Below are positions 1 through 13,329 of a stretch of 64,000 bases of DNA, in pieces. Source of the stretch: Eledone cirrhosa (taxonomy: Eukaryota); NCBI GenBank assembly GCA_964016885.1, contig OZ024746.1:91016001-91080000 (forward strand). The letters are read 5' to 3'. Made by a program: the position numbers and the translations under genes. The notes beneath the pieces were generated by a model. It saw nothing but the letters and a program-made list of their open reading frames with translations, was not told the DNA's origin and did not search any database. How positions within the stretch are numbered: the stretch's first letter is position 1; each line of letters opens with the position of its first letter.

Positions 1-962
1 AATTCAGAGATTTATTCCTGAGACATTCAAACCACATGTCCAATATATAGGAGCTGTGATCTCTTAATCCAGAGATTCGTTCCTGAGACATTCAAACCAC
101 ATGTCCATTGTATAGGAGCTGTGATCTCTTAATCCAGAGATTTATTCCTGAGACATTCAAACCACATGTCCATTGTATAGGAGCTGTGATATCTTAATTC
201 AGAGATTCATTCCTGAGACATTCAAACCACATGTCCATTGTATAGGAGCTGTGATCTCTTAATCCAGAGATTTATTCCTGAGACATTCAAACCACATGTC
301 CATTGTATAGGAGCTGTGATCTCTTAATTCAGAGATTTATTCCTGAGACATTCAAACCACATGTCCATTGTATTGGAGCTGTGATCTCTTAATTCAGAGA
401 TTTATTCCTGAGACATTCAAACCACATGTCCATTGTATTGGAGCTGTGATATCTTAATCCAGAGATTTATTCCTGAGACATTCAAACCACATGTCCATTG
501 TATAGGAGCTGTGATATCTTAATCCAGAGATTTATTCCTGAGACATTCAAACCACATGTCCATTGTATTGGAGCTGTGATATCTTAATCCAGAGATTTAT
601 TCCTGAGACATTCAAACCACATGTCCATTGTATAGGAGCTGTGATATCTTAATCCAGAGATTTATTCCTGAGACATTCAAACCACATGTCCATTGTATAG
701 GAGCTGTGATATCTTAATCCAGAGATTTATTCCTGAGACATTCAAACCACATGTCCATTGTATTGGAGCTGTGATATCTTAATCCAGAGATTTATTCCTG
801 AGACATTCAAACCACATGTCCATTGTATAGGAGCTGTGATATCTTAATCCAGAGATTTATTCCTGAGACATTCAAACCACATGTCCATTGTATAGGAGCT
901 GTGATATCTTAATTGAGAGATTCAAACCACATGTCCATTGTATAGGAGCTGTGATCCTTTAA
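1..962. repeat. 65-bp minisatellite, about 14.5 copies, runs off the left edge
   Basis: Unit aatccagagatttattcctgagacattcaaaccacatgtccattgtataggagctgtgatatctt starts at 1, 66, 131 and onward. Confidence 0.97.
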
Positions 963-1059
963 TTTAGAAAGCCAAACGGGGCGCAGTTTGCCCATGTCTG
1001 GTTTAGAATCATCTATTTCACTGACATAAAATAGATTTGATGGATGTTATACCGACCCA

Positions 1060-1190
1060 TATACTTGACTGCTACAATATTTATTAAAGGTTGAAAGACA
1101 AAATTAATCTGGGCAGGATTTGAACTCACTTTGAGATGAAACAAATACCGCAAGGCATCTTGTACGACGTTCTAACGATTCTGCAACGAT
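1060..1190 (-). mobile_element. Degenerate SINE family A copy
   Basis: aaggttgaaagacaaaattaatctgggcaggatttgaactc matches the reverse complement of the family A core seen at 14737-14935. Confidence 0.6.
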
Positions 1191-1230
1191 TAAAACAGTA
1201 TCAACAAGTTCAGCAAAAGAATCAACAACT

Positions 1231-1240
1231 ATGATAGTAA

Positions 1241-1314
<74 letters not shown>

Positions 1315-1320
1315 ATGGTG

Positions 1321-1364
<44 letters not shown>

Positions 1365-1389
1365 GGTGGTGGTAGTAGTGGTGGTGGTG

Positions 1390-1443
<54 letters not shown>

Positions 1444-1461
1444 CTGGTGATGGTAGTGGTG

Positions 1462-1493
<32 letters not shown>

Positions 1494-1569
1494 GGTGGTA
1501 GTAGTAGTAGTAGTAGTGGTGGTGGTGGTGGTGGTGGTGGTGGTGGTGGTAGTAGTAGCAGTGGTGGTG

Positions 1570-1651
<82 letters not shown>

Positions 1652-1665
1652 TAGTAGTGGTGGTT
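1231..1665. repeat. Compound (GTA)n/(GTG)n trinucleotide microsatellite
   Basis: Direct reading; explains the poly-V, poly-Y/H and poly-L/P ORFs. Confidence 0.98.
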
Positions 1666-1789
1666 GCAACATGAAAGAAAGAAAGAAAGAAAGAAGGATT
1701 CGGGAGAAATCGTTAAATTGAAAGTAAACATTTTCTCTGGCCTGAAGCCTTGCAACGATTAACAAAACATGAAGACAGGGTCTCTGTAG

Positions 1790-2420
1790 ATGGGAGAGAG
1801 GGGGAGAGAGAGTGATGGTGGGGAGGGAGGGGACTGAGAGAGGGGGGGTGAGAGGAAGAGATAGATAGAGAGGGGAGAGAGGGAGGGAGATAGAGAGAGG
1901 GGGGGTGAGAGGAAGAGATAGATAGAGAGGGGTGAGAGGAAGAGATAGATAGAGAGGGGAGAGAGAGAGAGGGAGGGAGATAGAGAGAGGGAGGGTGGGT
2001 GAGAGGGGGGTGAGAGATGGGGGATAGATAGTTAGAGAGGGGGCGAGAGATAGAGTGGAGAGGAGAAGAGGGAGGGATAGATAGTTAGATAGAAGAGAGA
2101 GAGAGAGGGGGGGATAGAAAGATAGAGAGGGGAGAGAGAGGAGGGAGAGATAGTTAGATAGAAGAGAGAGAGAGAGAGAGGGAGAGGGGGGGATAGAAAG
2201 GGGCGGGGGAGAAGAGTGAGGGATAGATAGAGAGGGGAGAGAGAGGAGAGATAGATAGTTAGATAGTTAGATAGTTAGATAGTTAGAGAGAGGAGAGATA
2301 GATAGTTAGAGAGAGAGAGAGAGAGAGAAGGGGGAACGATAGATAGATAGAGAAGGGGCGTGAAGAAGGAGAAGAAGAAAAAGAAGAAGAAGAAGAAGAA
2401 GAAGAAGAAGAAGAAGAATA
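1790..2420. repeat. Purine-rich (GA)/(GATA)/(GAA) low-complexity tract
   Basis: Direct reading. Confidence 0.95.
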
Positions 2421-2585
2421 GGGAAAGGGAGAAGGATAGTAAAGGAGGACACAAAGGATCAGAAGAACATTTGCCAGAATTCCAAGTGCCAAATAAATGC
2501 CAATCTGGTGTTGAGACTGCTGGCCCCTTCTTGCTTCTGCAATCATATAACTTTCACCACCATTCCATGATCTCCCAAAACACTT
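2283..2585 (-). CDS. Possible terminal exon encoding one hydrophobic segment (unverified)
   Basis: Minus-strand acceptor tttctgctctcctttcttgccAG, then open frame [50 protein letters not shown] running into microsatellite; no partner exons identified. Confidence 0.2.
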   Translation of the reverse strand, partial: KCFGRSWNGGESYMIAEARRGQQSQHQIGIYLALGILANVLLILCVLLYYPSPFPYSSSSSSSSSSSSFSSSPSSRPFSIYLSFPLLSLSLSLTIYLSSL

Positions 2586-2605
2586 CTGGCAAGAAAGGAG
2601 AGCAG

Positions 2606-3104
<499 letters not shown>

Positions 3105-3507
3105 GTGCACAATACAGGCAGAGAGAGAGAAATGGGTGTTGGAGAAAGAGTCAAACAGACAGATAAACAAATGCATAGAATGGGAAAAGAGAAAGAGAGA
3201 GAGGGAGAGTGTGTGTGAGAGAAAGAGAGAGAGAGTGTGTGTGTGTGTGAAAGAGAGAGGGAGAGGGAGGGAGAGAGTGTGAGAGAGGGGCGCAGGCTGT
3301 TACATTCATGTGCAATGTGCATTTGTTTCATGCCAAATTTACTTAACGTTGGCAGGTCCCAACATACAATTCAGTTTCATTAAAAATATTGTTTTATCAG
3401 AGTCGATTTAATGCAGTAATCACCGAGCACTTCCATTGTCAGATGCAACTAGCATGAACCAGCCATTTGACAAAAGCCCTTAGATCGCATAATATTAATA
3501 ATGTATT

Positions 3508-3852
3508 GAGGCACATGGATCAGTGGTTAGAGCATTGGCCTTGCAATCGAAAGGTTGTGAGTTCAATTCTCAGACCGGGTGATGTGCTGTTTCCTTGAGC
3601 AAGACACTTTATTTCACATTGCTCCAGTTTACTCAGCTGTAGAAATGAGATGGTAGGGACTGGGGTCCCTATCATTCCACTGCAAAGTGGTCGTGGAGGT
3701 GCCACGGCAAAAAAGCACACAGCACTCACTATAAATGAGGTTGGTGTTAGGAAGGGCATCCAGCTGTAGAAATCAAGCCAGAATCAGTTCCCGTCCCACC
3801 CTTGCAAGCAGGGAAAAGCAGACGTAAAATGATGATGATGATGATGATGCTG
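3508..3852 (+). mobile_element. tRNA-derived SINE family B, full length, (GAT)n tail
   Basis: A-box-like tggatcagtggttagagc, B-box-like gagttcaattc, core ccttgagcaagacactttatttcacattgctccag; near-identical copies at 43650 (+) and 44400 (-). Confidence 0.9.
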
Positions 3853-4019
3853 ATAAATAGTAATCTAAAACTTGAAAATACTACGTAGAAGCGGTTTCTT
3901 TCTCAGTGATAAAAAATGTCCTGTTGTTTTATCAAAGGTAGCGTAATATTCTGGTTCTTTCTAACACTATTTGAGGATATAAGTATAAGAAACTGACTAT
4001 AATAATATATCTGCAAGAT

Positions 4020-4370
4020 ATGTTAAAATGCATATATGGGCTTATAAATCCTGACGGTGTTGTAGAGTCGCCATATTGACATATGGCGTTTTGGAGGCAT
4101 TTTTTATACCTGGTGGAGCCCAACCCTCTCCAGGTCTTAATACAGCAGATTTCTTCCAGAGAATAATCGAGAGTAAGAGAAAGGAAGTGAGAAAGAGATA
4201 TAGAAGAAGAATCAACCGCAATACTAGACTGGTGTATTTTTTATTGACCTCGAAACAATGAAAAGCAAAGTTGATCTTGATGAGATTTGAACTCAGAATG
4301 CCGAGAGCCGGAACAAATACCACAAAGCATTCTATGTGACATTCTAAAGACTCTGCCAGTTAGTCACCTT
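4020..4370 (-). mobile_element. SINE family A variant with extended 3' segment
   Basis: Family A core at 4225-4370; segment ctctggaagaaatctgctgtatt...aaaatgcc recurs after the SINEs at 35535 and 36312. Confidence 0.65.
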
Positions 4371-4419
4371 CTATGTTAGAAAGATCAAATCTAAAAAGTC
4401 TAAAGTTTGTCTCGAGACC

Positions 4420-4670
4420 AGATACTCATCAGGCCGATGCTTATTGCGGTTTCCATGGCATTAAGCGACTGAGAGTTCAATTCTTCCCCCTGGACAGGAC
4501 GCTAATCCATCACAGGGTTAAAACCCCAGCTATTGCTGGTACTCATTTTCAGCTGAGTATACTGAAGCAACGAGAAATGAAATGGTTTGCTCAAGAACAG
4601 AAAAACCAGTCCAGGAATCGAACCCACGACATTATGGTTGTAAGTTCAACACCCTTGTCACACACCTCCA
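4420..4670 (-). mobile_element. SINE family B-related copy
   Basis: cagctgagtatactgaagcaacgagaaatgaaatggtttgctcaagaac and ccaggaatcgaaccc (reverse B box). Confidence 0.75.
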
Positions 4671-4781
4671 CAAAGACCAATCAGCCAGGATATAAAACTG
4701 GTAATACATGTGAGATGAATACCCTAGGCTGGCACCTGGTTATTTTGTGTTGTCCTATAACACAACTTTTGGTGAATTAGC

Positions 4782-4969
4782 TATTAGGTATGTTTTGGGG
4801 TATATTGGGGTTGCTGTTAGATATTAGGTATGTTTTGGGGTATATTGAGGTCGCTGTTAGATATTAGGTATGTTTTGGGGTATAATGGGATCACTGTTTG
4901 GTATGTTTTGGGGTATATTGGGGTCACTGTTAGATATTAGGTATGTTTTGGGGTATATTGAGGTCGCTG
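4782..4969. repeat. 40-bp minisatellite, about 4.7 copies
   Basis: tattaggtatgttttggggtatattggggttgctgttaga at 4782, 4822, 4862. Confidence 0.9.
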
Positions 4970-5204
4970 ATTCTAGAAACGACATTAATCTTTCTCCTTT
5001 AGATCTCTATATATCTATACATGTTTTACACACAAGACGAGGAGCCTATAGTTTACCTTGGTCCTCTAATTATATGAATAGAAAAACTAAGCTCTTTTCA
5101 CAAAACCAGTAATAGCAAACAAAAAAACAACTGGATGATTTTAAAATGTTCTTCGTGACAAAAGGCGTGTCAACAGGTGTAACAAGAAATAATTCTTGTT
5201 ACAT

Positions 5205-5532
5205 CTGTCACTGGCATTCCGTCGGTTGCGACGACGAGTTTTTCATTTGATCCAATCAACGGAATAGCCTGCTCATGAAATTAACTTGCAAGTGGCTGAG
5301 CATTCCACAGACACGCATAATCTTAACATAGTTCTCAGGGAGATTCAGCGTGACACAGAATGTGACATCGCTGGCCTTTCGAATTACAGATATAACTCAC
5401 TTTTGCCAGCTGAGTGAACTGGAACAATGTGAAATAAAGTGTCTTGCTCAAGGACACAACACGCCACCGGGAATCAAACTCACAACCTTAGGATTGTGAA
5501 CCGAATACCCTAACCACAAAGCCACGCGCCTT
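5205..5532 (-). mobile_element. tRNA-derived SINE (family B head, different 3' body)
   Basis: gtgaaataaagtgtcttgctcaaggacacaac...gggaatcaaactc...ccctaaccacaaagccacgcgcc. Confidence 0.85.
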
Positions 5533-5802
5533 CTCGTTAGTGCATGTACATTACACGTAAACAAAAGCAAAATTATAGCTACAATTTAATCATACAAATA
5601 CATTTAGATTTCCGGACATAATATCGTTGCAGAAGGGTAATGACATGTGATATTGCAACAACGATGCTTCAACAAAGTGGACAGTATTTGATGGCATACA
5701 AATATCTCGAATCTGGCTAAAAATCCCAAGCAACAAGAATTGTTTTTCTTCTTGTTCCCCGCTGCACTTCTTTCATCCAGTTATGCTCGCTATTCTTCCA
5801 AA

Positions 5803-6130
5803 TTCTTCTTCTTATCATATCCACAAGAGAGTCGGCTACAAAGCGTGGCTAAATGTGGTTCCGCCACAGCTGAACACATTGCTGTCCTTTCTCATTAAAC
5901 TCTGCCAAGTCCAGTCCAATGCTATGTAGGTGTTTTCCAGCAGGGGACATATCAAGAAGTGCTGCGTAGTCTGTGGTTCGATGCCAGTCACACACAACGT
6001 TCCCATCCTATAAATATACCCATTTTGCCAGATTGGCTTTTGTACGTCCAACACCAGTTCTTGTTGTTATAGATGGGAGGTTGTTAAGTTTTTCTTCCCT
6101 GTGAAGGATTCTTTCACTACTTCTTCCAAA
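5803..6130 (-). mobile_element. 3' end of a non-LTR retrotransposon (zinc-knuckle C-terminus, AAG tail)
   Basis: LCVTGIEPQTTQHFLICPLL resembles the C..G...QT..HLL.CP terminus of LINE ORF2; tail ataagaagaagaa. Confidence 0.55.
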
Positions 6131-6263
6131 CAAAACAGTTTCAATTTACAGTTTGGCAATCTGACGAACCTTGTTTATGACACTTCTTGCTGTAACTGCG
6201 CTAAGAACATTACTAAGCCTGCATTCTCCACTACATAGTCCACAATCTAATGTGGCAAGTCAA

Positions 6264-6420
6264 AATTGTTTCTACTTTTTGGCACAAGGCCAGCAATTAC
6301 ACAGTGCATTACTGGTACTTTAATTTATCGACCCCGTAAGGATGAAAGCCAAAGTTAACCGCGGCGGGATTTGAACTCAGAATGGAAAGGGCCGTAACTC
6401 TATGCGTCAAAGCATGGCGT
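6264..6420 (-). mobile_element. SINE family A
   Basis: actggtactttaatttatcgaccccgtaaggatgaaagccaaagttaaccgcggcgggatttgaactcag. Confidence 0.9.
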
Positions 6421-6934
6421 AATAACCTTATACAACCCTCTCCATCGTTTCGGATATCTCCACAACACCTCAGCACGGCAAAGATGTTCAGCGATTATTT
6501 AACTGATCACAAGAAAATATATATTTTATTTAATTATAGAAAATTGGTATCTTCAAAGATTCAGTAATACGTGGCCTGCACCCTTGGTGGTGTTTAGTTA
6601 GTCTAATAGAAACAGCAGATCTGCTTTCATGTAATCAACAAAACTGTACTGTTCATGGATAAGTCAATTTCCCTATAAATAATAAAGTATAGTTTTTACC
6701 ACTGGCAATAGAAGCTATACTGTAAAAACAACGAATGTTTTTCTGTACTCAATCACATCCGTGAATAGAAGGCCAGAAAAATGTTGGCTCCTACCATCGA
6801 TAGTCAAATCAAACTCGGGTTATTGCCAAGTTCTTTAACTTTTATACATGGCAGCTTAAAAGGATTCATTTTTGTTGTGTTTTTTTTTTTTTTTCTTCGT
6901 CTTATATATTTCTGATAAACTTTCTAAGTAAAGT

Positions 6935-7310
6935 CACTACAGATAGAAAGACACCCTTTCCTGTCATAATGGGTACCAGCTGGCCTCGACTCTAGCGCTG
7001 GCAAGCACTCGGATGGACTAACTCTCATCTCTTTTGAGTGGAGCAATACCTATTTGGAACACAATGTGCAGAGATTCGATTTCCACATCAAAACTTGTCA
7101 CTTCGACCACAAACCAGGACTCCACTACCCACAATGCTGAGAATAGGAAGATAGTTAAATACCGGGGCCTGACTACACGTTTCCTCTTTCTATCGGTCAC
7201 CGCACTTATGATTTCCTCCGTAAAGTCGGAACAAAGGCAGCCTATTTGAGGAAGGTGGAGGGATAACTGTCTCTCTGACCATTCTCCGTGATAACACATT
7301 TGTTGGCGGA
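6935..7310 (+). mobile_element. Decayed CRE-like non-LTR fragment, restriction-like endonuclease region
   Basis: PAGLDSSAGKHSDGLTLISF, then after a frameshift IWNTMCRDS...AENRKIVKYRGL...FLF and LSLTILRDNTF, matching the GKRPDG..WD.TC.D...E..K..KY pattern. Confidence 0.7.
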
Positions 7311-7324
7311 GCATGACTGAGACT

Positions 7325-7356
7325 CCGCTCTCACTGTGGTGTCTATCTCTCACTGT

Positions 7357-7442
<86 letters not shown>

Positions 7443-7500
7443 ACTGTGGTGTGGCATCTCTCTCACTGTGGTGTCTCTCTCTCTCACTGTGGTGTGACAT
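7325..7500. repeat. (CT)n with repeated tctcactgtggtgt motif
   Basis: Direct reading. Confidence 0.9.
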
Positions 7501-7595
7501 CTCTCCCTTTCCCTCAAATTTCTTTCGTTGCTTGGTACTTTTTATTTTTTTCCGAAACATTGTCTTAGCTTTTTACTGTTCAATAATCTTTATAT

Positions 7596-7781
7596 AATTG
7601 TTTCTACTTTTGGCACAAGGCCAGCAATTACCCAGTGCATTACTGGTACTTTATTTTATCGACCCCGTAAGGATGAAAGGCAAAGTTAACCTCCGCGGGA
7701 TTTGAACTAAGAATGGCAAAGGCCGTAACTCTATGCGTCAAAGCATGGCGTCCGACCCTCTACCGATACTGCCAATTCATC
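7596..7781 (-). mobile_element. SINE family A, full length
   Basis: Reverse complement of the 14737-14935 copy. Confidence 0.92.
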
Positions 7782-10200
7782 AATAATAATAATGAAATTA
7801 TTGTGTAAAGTGCTCAGGTGCAATACAACTCGTCAAAGGTGCATGTATAGTACATAGAATAATATACAAATGTCAGGGAAGTGAATAGTGTATGAGTCAT
7901 GATATACATGTGTGTATGTGTATGGAGGGGGAATACTAGGTGTAGTGTTGGCGGCTCTCGGGAAGCATGGAGGCCTTAAAGGATGCGGTGTCTCGACAGC
8001 TAACAACTGATGCAGGTAGTTTGTTCCATACTTCAGCAACTCTGAGCGTGAAACAATGTTTCCGAAAGTCATGGGAACTGTGCTGTTTTCTGACTTTGTG
8101 GGTATGTCCACGTGTGTTAGACACATGGAAATCAAAAAGGTACTCAGGGTTGTTGCTGGCAAGATGGTTAACAATTTTGTGGGTGTTTACCAAATCAGTT
8201 GCCAGGCGTCGGAGCTTCAATGTATCCATGCCCAGGGAAGCAAGGCGTTCAGAGTATGGTAGATGCCTGATGGAGGGTATTCACTTGGTTACACGTCTCT
8301 GAACAGTTTCCAGGCGGTCAATGTTCTGAGCAAGATAGGGGTTCCAGACTGGTGATGCGAATTCTAAGTGTGGCCGCACCATAGCCATGTACAGCCTTAA
8401 ATAGATAGCTGGAGAGCGGCTGACAAAGGTCTTGCTCAGTGATGCTAAGACACCCTCGGCCCTCTTGACAATTTTAGAGACGTGCTTCGTCCAACGCAAA
8501 TCGCTGCTGACCGTAATGCCCAGATCACGTTCACAAGAAGACTTCTTAATATTAGTACTGTGGAGGGAGTATGTGGACGCTGGGTTTTTACTCCCAAAAT
8601 GCATGGTGGTGCACTTGTCCACAGCTAGCTTGAGTTGCCAGCCTGAGATCCATTGTTGCATTGTGTCCAGGTCAGACTGCAAGTAAGATCTATAGTCTTC
8701 AGGATATGTCCTTGTTATCTCAAGGTACAGCTTGATGTCATTTGCGTACTTTAGTACTGTGGCATTCTTTAAGTTGGCATCTATGTCATTAATATATGCC
8801 ACAAACAAAAGGGAGCCAAGAACAGATCCCTGTGGTACACCAGATGACATCTCACATGGTGAGGAATGCTGTCCCAGAACCCTGACTACCTCTCTTCGAC
8901 TGAGAATGAAGGACTTCAACCAGTTAAATAAGATCATCCTTCACACCCATTGCAGAGAGTTTTGCCATAAGCCTTTTGTGTGGCACAGAATTGAAAGCTT
9001 TCGCAAAGTCAAGGTAAACAACATCTACCCATGAGCCGCCATCAGTGATCCGGGTGATGTCTTCAAGAAACTCGATAAGTTGATCACAGCAGCTGGAGTT
9101 GGGGATAAATCCAAATTACGAGGGCCGGATAAGACTGTGAGAGTTCCAGAAGTTCCAAAGTGTTTCTCTGACACAGGATTCCATCAGTTTGGCAATGCAA
9201 CTAGTAAGACTGACTGGACGATAGTTCACAGGTGATGTGCGGTCACCCTTTTTGAACAGAGGAATGACACTGGCAGTTTTCCACTGTTCTGGAGTAGCAC
9301 CGTTGTTCAGACAGAATTGGAAGAGGCGTGATAGCTGGTGCAGAAGGAAGTACCCAACACGTTTAAGAAGCAGGTACGTAACACCATCAAGACCAGGAGA
9401 GGCATGGTTGCGTTTATTTTTTAGGTGACGTCGCAGCATTGCAGGTGTAAATTCCATGGTTGTAGTAGAATCCGGTGTCATAGGTGGTGGAGACGGTACA
9501 CTTTGTTCTTCACTATTGAAAATGCCTGCATAGCATTCAACAATGAGCTCTGCGCATTCCTTGGGGTCCTCAGTAACCTGGTTTGTGTGGGGATTGTGAA
9601 GAGGACCAACTGGAGAGTGAGGCCTCTGCTTTGAGTGAACATACTTCCAGAACACCTTACTGTCAGGGCTGGTTGCTATGCGCTGCTCAAATTGAAGCAC
9701 TGCCTTTTTTGTCACCTGTTTGAGGTGGTTGGACGATCTATTTCACCTCTTCCTATTAATGTCTGATTTGTGCAGTTTGTACTCACGTTCAGCATTGCGA
9801 CGTTCTTTTCTCGCAAGACGGACTGCTGCAGTCTCCCAAATTGCACTTTTGGGATGTTTTTTTCCGCTTACGTGGCACTGATACTGCACATGCTGTCCAT
9901 ATTGAGCTCAGGATCTTCTGGAGTACAGTGTTGACATCTCCAGAGCTGTAGAACTCAAGCCAGTTTGGACGTTGCCACTCGGTGCAGTAACAGTTCCAGT
10001 CTGCTTTATTCCAGTCAAAGTGAGCAGTTTGGAGATGGTTGTGGTTCTTGTTACTGCCCATGAGGGATAGATTGGCAATGATAATAGCATGATCAGAGTC
10101 AACTAAAGGTTCCTCAGCAGTAACACTAATGACCGTTTCAGGAGTAGTGGCGAAGAGTTGGTCCAACGTGTTGTCACCTCCCCAACAAGAGGTAACCCAC
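7782..10200 (-). mobile_element. 5'-truncated CR1-clade LINE, ORF2 pseudogene (AP endonuclease end plus RT)
   Basis: APE end LDQLF...DSDH; YRPVSLTS; SGVPQGSVLGSLLF; catalytic YADD mutated to YAND; VRPHLEFASPVWNPY; TRGH; split over four ORFs; (TAT)n tail. Confidence 0.95.
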
Positions 10201-10328
10201 ACACTATAGAAACAATTGTTACCTAATATATTCTTTATACCCACATTTCCATTCCATAAACTTCTTCTTCATATATATATATATATATATATATAGTTAA
10301 AAGAATAGAGGTGTAACACACAAGTTAT

Positions 10329-11092
10329 TATATATTGGTAAACGGAATAGAAAATACTGACAAATTGTTCACAGTTGAAAAATGGTTTAATTAGGAATAA
10401 AAGAGTATTAGTGATTGTATGGGTTAGTATTCAGTTGTGGTTTTAAGTTTTTAAGTTTTTACCGGTTGCGCATTTCTAAATGCTTTTCAAAAATAATTTT
10501 GAGATAGAGTGTCCGTGCTGTTTGCTCTGATCTGATTAGTTTTGGGAATTCTACCTGTTTTTATGTTAAAAAAATGGCTCCAGCGTTATTTTTGTGTTGC
10601 AAAAATGCTTGTGGTCAAAACAATTTTGATTGGTCGGTAGAGGTCATGTGAATGTAAAAAGTTGATTTTGCGCCAAGACTGTTTTTATGTTAAAATGTTA
10701 GAAAAGTGGCTCCAGCAAAAATTATGGTCAAAACAATTTTGATTGGTCGGTAGAGGTCATGTGGATAAAAAATTGGTTTTGCGCCAAGATTGAGAAATAG
10801 AGTGAACCTTTAGGTGACTCTGATCATGCTATTATCATTGCCAATCTATCCCTCATGGGCAGTAACATAAAAACAGGTAGAATTCCCAAAACTAATCAGA
10901 TCAGAGCAAACAGCACGGACACTCTATCTCAAAATTATTTTTGAAAAGCATTTAGAAATGCGCAACCGGTAAAAACTTAAAAACTTAAAACCACAACTGA
11001 ATACTAACCCATACAATCACTAATACTCTTTTATTCCTAATTAAACCATTTTTCAACTGTGAACAATTTGTCAGCATTTTCTATTCCGTTTA

Positions 11093-11102
<10 letters not shown>
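10329..11102. mobile_element. PLE-like remnant with about 240-bp inverted arms between (AT)n tracts
   Basis: 10329-10568 is the near-perfect reverse complement of 10863-11102; arm holds a degenerate HHR fold at 10938-10974. Confidence 0.75.
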
Positions 11103-11151
<49 letters not shown>

Positions 11152-12269
11152 GAGGAAGGAGAGAGTTAGAAAGGGAGAGAGAGATGGGTAGAGGGAGGCT
11201 GGAAAGTATGTCTCCAAGAAGATTGTTGCTATTTGTGATATTGTCATAATTTTCATATGATAAAACTAAATCACAATATTGTTACACATTAAATAGAATT
11301 ATTGTGGAAAATCAAGCACAATGTCTATAAATCCCAGGAAATGTTAACAGCCGCCAGGAGTCACTAAGTCTAGAAGATACAACTGCTGAAAACAGATGTG
11401 TTTGGAGACTTCTCTAACTCTCTCATTACTATAACCATTGGAAATCATGGTGTTATTTTAACACCCATCAAATTAATCATAAACACACGTTCAAAATTGT
11501 CTAGAAGTACAAAATTAATTCTTAACTCTCCAAATATCGCTGACCAAGATACTCTCATGGAATGACCAAATGAGGTTTATCCTTCAACATAGTCCCTGTA
11601 CAGGGTCACATGTTACCAGAAGTACTCAACAGGAACCCAACCAGTTTTGGAATAGGTCTTCAACATTTTCCCATGTATATATATATATATAATGAAGAAT
11701 TAGAAATAGAAGTTAGGAATATCCATCATCAGTTGTCTACTAGCCATCATAGGTATTTATTTGCATTACAGACAATATACCTCCGCCTAGGGCAATACAA
11801 TAACTAAAATAAGTTATTGGAATAAAAAGAGTTGGGTGGAGAAAGAGAAAGACAAATAAACAGACAGGAATTATGAGGCAACGTAAAGAGTGGAAAATAT
11901 GAAAAAATCAAGTCAATAATTCATTTCGAACATAAGAAAGGGCGAATATTGACGAAGAGAACAAAGACACATCTTAACCGTACGGATGTGAGCGAGAAGA
12001 AAGATCGCGTACGATGTGGCACGATGGAGGATGTGAGAGAGAGAGAGGGTGAGTAGCAGAGAGTGAGTGAGTGAAAGTGCGAGGAAGAGGCTAGCTGAGA
12101 GAGGGTGACTAGCGGAGGGGTGAGTGAAAGTAAGAGGGAGAAGGAGAGAGAAGGGGGAGATAGAAAGAGGATAGCTGCTAGGGGAGAGAAAAAAGACAGG
12201 TGTCACAGCAAAGGGGAAAGCATATATGAATAAAAAATGGCGAGCTGTGTTGTTGCATTTATGTATATA

Positions 12270-12506
12270 TATATATATATAAGAAAAAAAACGAGGAAGT
12301 TTTGTTTACATATAAAAGATAGTTATTGTGTATCGACCAGTTACGTCACATCACCAGTATGAAGAGCTGATTGATGGTGGAGTCAGGTCCATAACTTCTA
12401 TGGGTGACCTTGAGCCAATCTTCTGTGAAACGTGCGTAACAGGTTGATACACAATAAACACCTTTTACATGTAAACGAAACTTCTTCGTTTTTTTTTATA
12501 TATACA
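12270..12506 (+). mobile_element. PLE-like remnant with inverted termini and degenerate HHR (12353-12444)
   Basis: Arms 12270-12348 and 12430-12506; accagt-aTGAAGA-long stem II-GAAAcgtgcgtA-acaggt. Confidence 0.65.
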
Positions 12507-12618
12507 CTCCAGAATCAAGCCAGAATCAGTTCCCGTCCCACCCTTGCAAGCAGGGAAAAGCGGACGTAAAATGAAATGAAAATGATGATGACACTCTGCC
12601 TGTGCATAGAGTGTTTGC

Positions 12619-13170
12619 TTTATCCCGTTCGTAAAATAAGTTGGATTACTTTGAATAAATAATGAATGAATATTACATAATTTATCTACAAATTTCGCAG
12701 CTCGTAAATATTCTTATATATAAATATTCTTATATATAAATATTCTTATATATAAAGTATTGCTTATTTTAAGATTCACCTCTTTAAAACTTTCAAATGT
12801 CAACACTTCCGGTTAGCGTCCGTTATATTATAACACTTATCACATCGCTTATATAAACGTTCCTACGTTTACATCGTTATATAAGGTTTATATTTCCGTC
12901 GCTAATTTTCTCCTTTTTCGTTTTCATTACATTTTAATTTATTATATATGCTGTTTATATATAATATCGTCTTTTTTTAAATGTATCACAGATTACTTTA
13001 CTGATTACAGAAGACAGTGTAACACAGACTTCGTTCAATTTCTGTGCATATTGTCAATTACGATTTCATTTGACGTATCATATCTACATGCATATATACT
13101 TGCGTATAATATCAATATACACACTACACATGCTAGCAGAAAACCACCCGAAGGGTGGTTTTTCTGCTAG
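12619..13170 (+). mobile_element. Non-autonomous Helitron family 1 (5' end missing)
   Basis: 3' hairpin accacccgaagggtggt then ttttctgCTAG followed by T; homologous to 16274-16751. Confidence 0.8.
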
Positions 13171-13207
13171 TACTAGTAATTCACTGAATCACCTACACTC
13201 TCTCAAC

Positions 13208-13213
13208 GTGTGC

Positions 13214-13283
<70 letters not shown>
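13208..13283. repeat. (GT)n microsatellite
   Basis: Direct reading. Confidence 0.97.
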
Positions 13284-13285
<2 letters not shown>

Positions 13286-13329
13286 TGATTTTATTAAGGC
13301 TAAATATTGAGTTTTGTAACTCGGAGTTT

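Noticed and set aside
1-962. CRISPR-like array
   Set aside because: Head-to-tail identical units with no unique spacers and no cas genes, in a eukaryotic context; same for the 22, 44, 68 and 72-bp arrays
1222-1765. Poly-Y/H, poly-L/P and poly-V ORFs
   Set aside because: Translations of a trinucleotide microsatellite
3508-3585. tRNA gene
   Set aside because: SINE head continuing into a conserved SINE body and tail, present in many diverged copies
3932-4200. Cys-containing exon candidate
   Set aside because: The sequence recurs at 35.7 and 36.5 kb as a SINE-associated extension
11690-11760. Minus-strand CTGATGA hammerhead core
   Set aside because: No downstream GAAA or stem III; likewise CTGACGA near 26156 lacks valid stems
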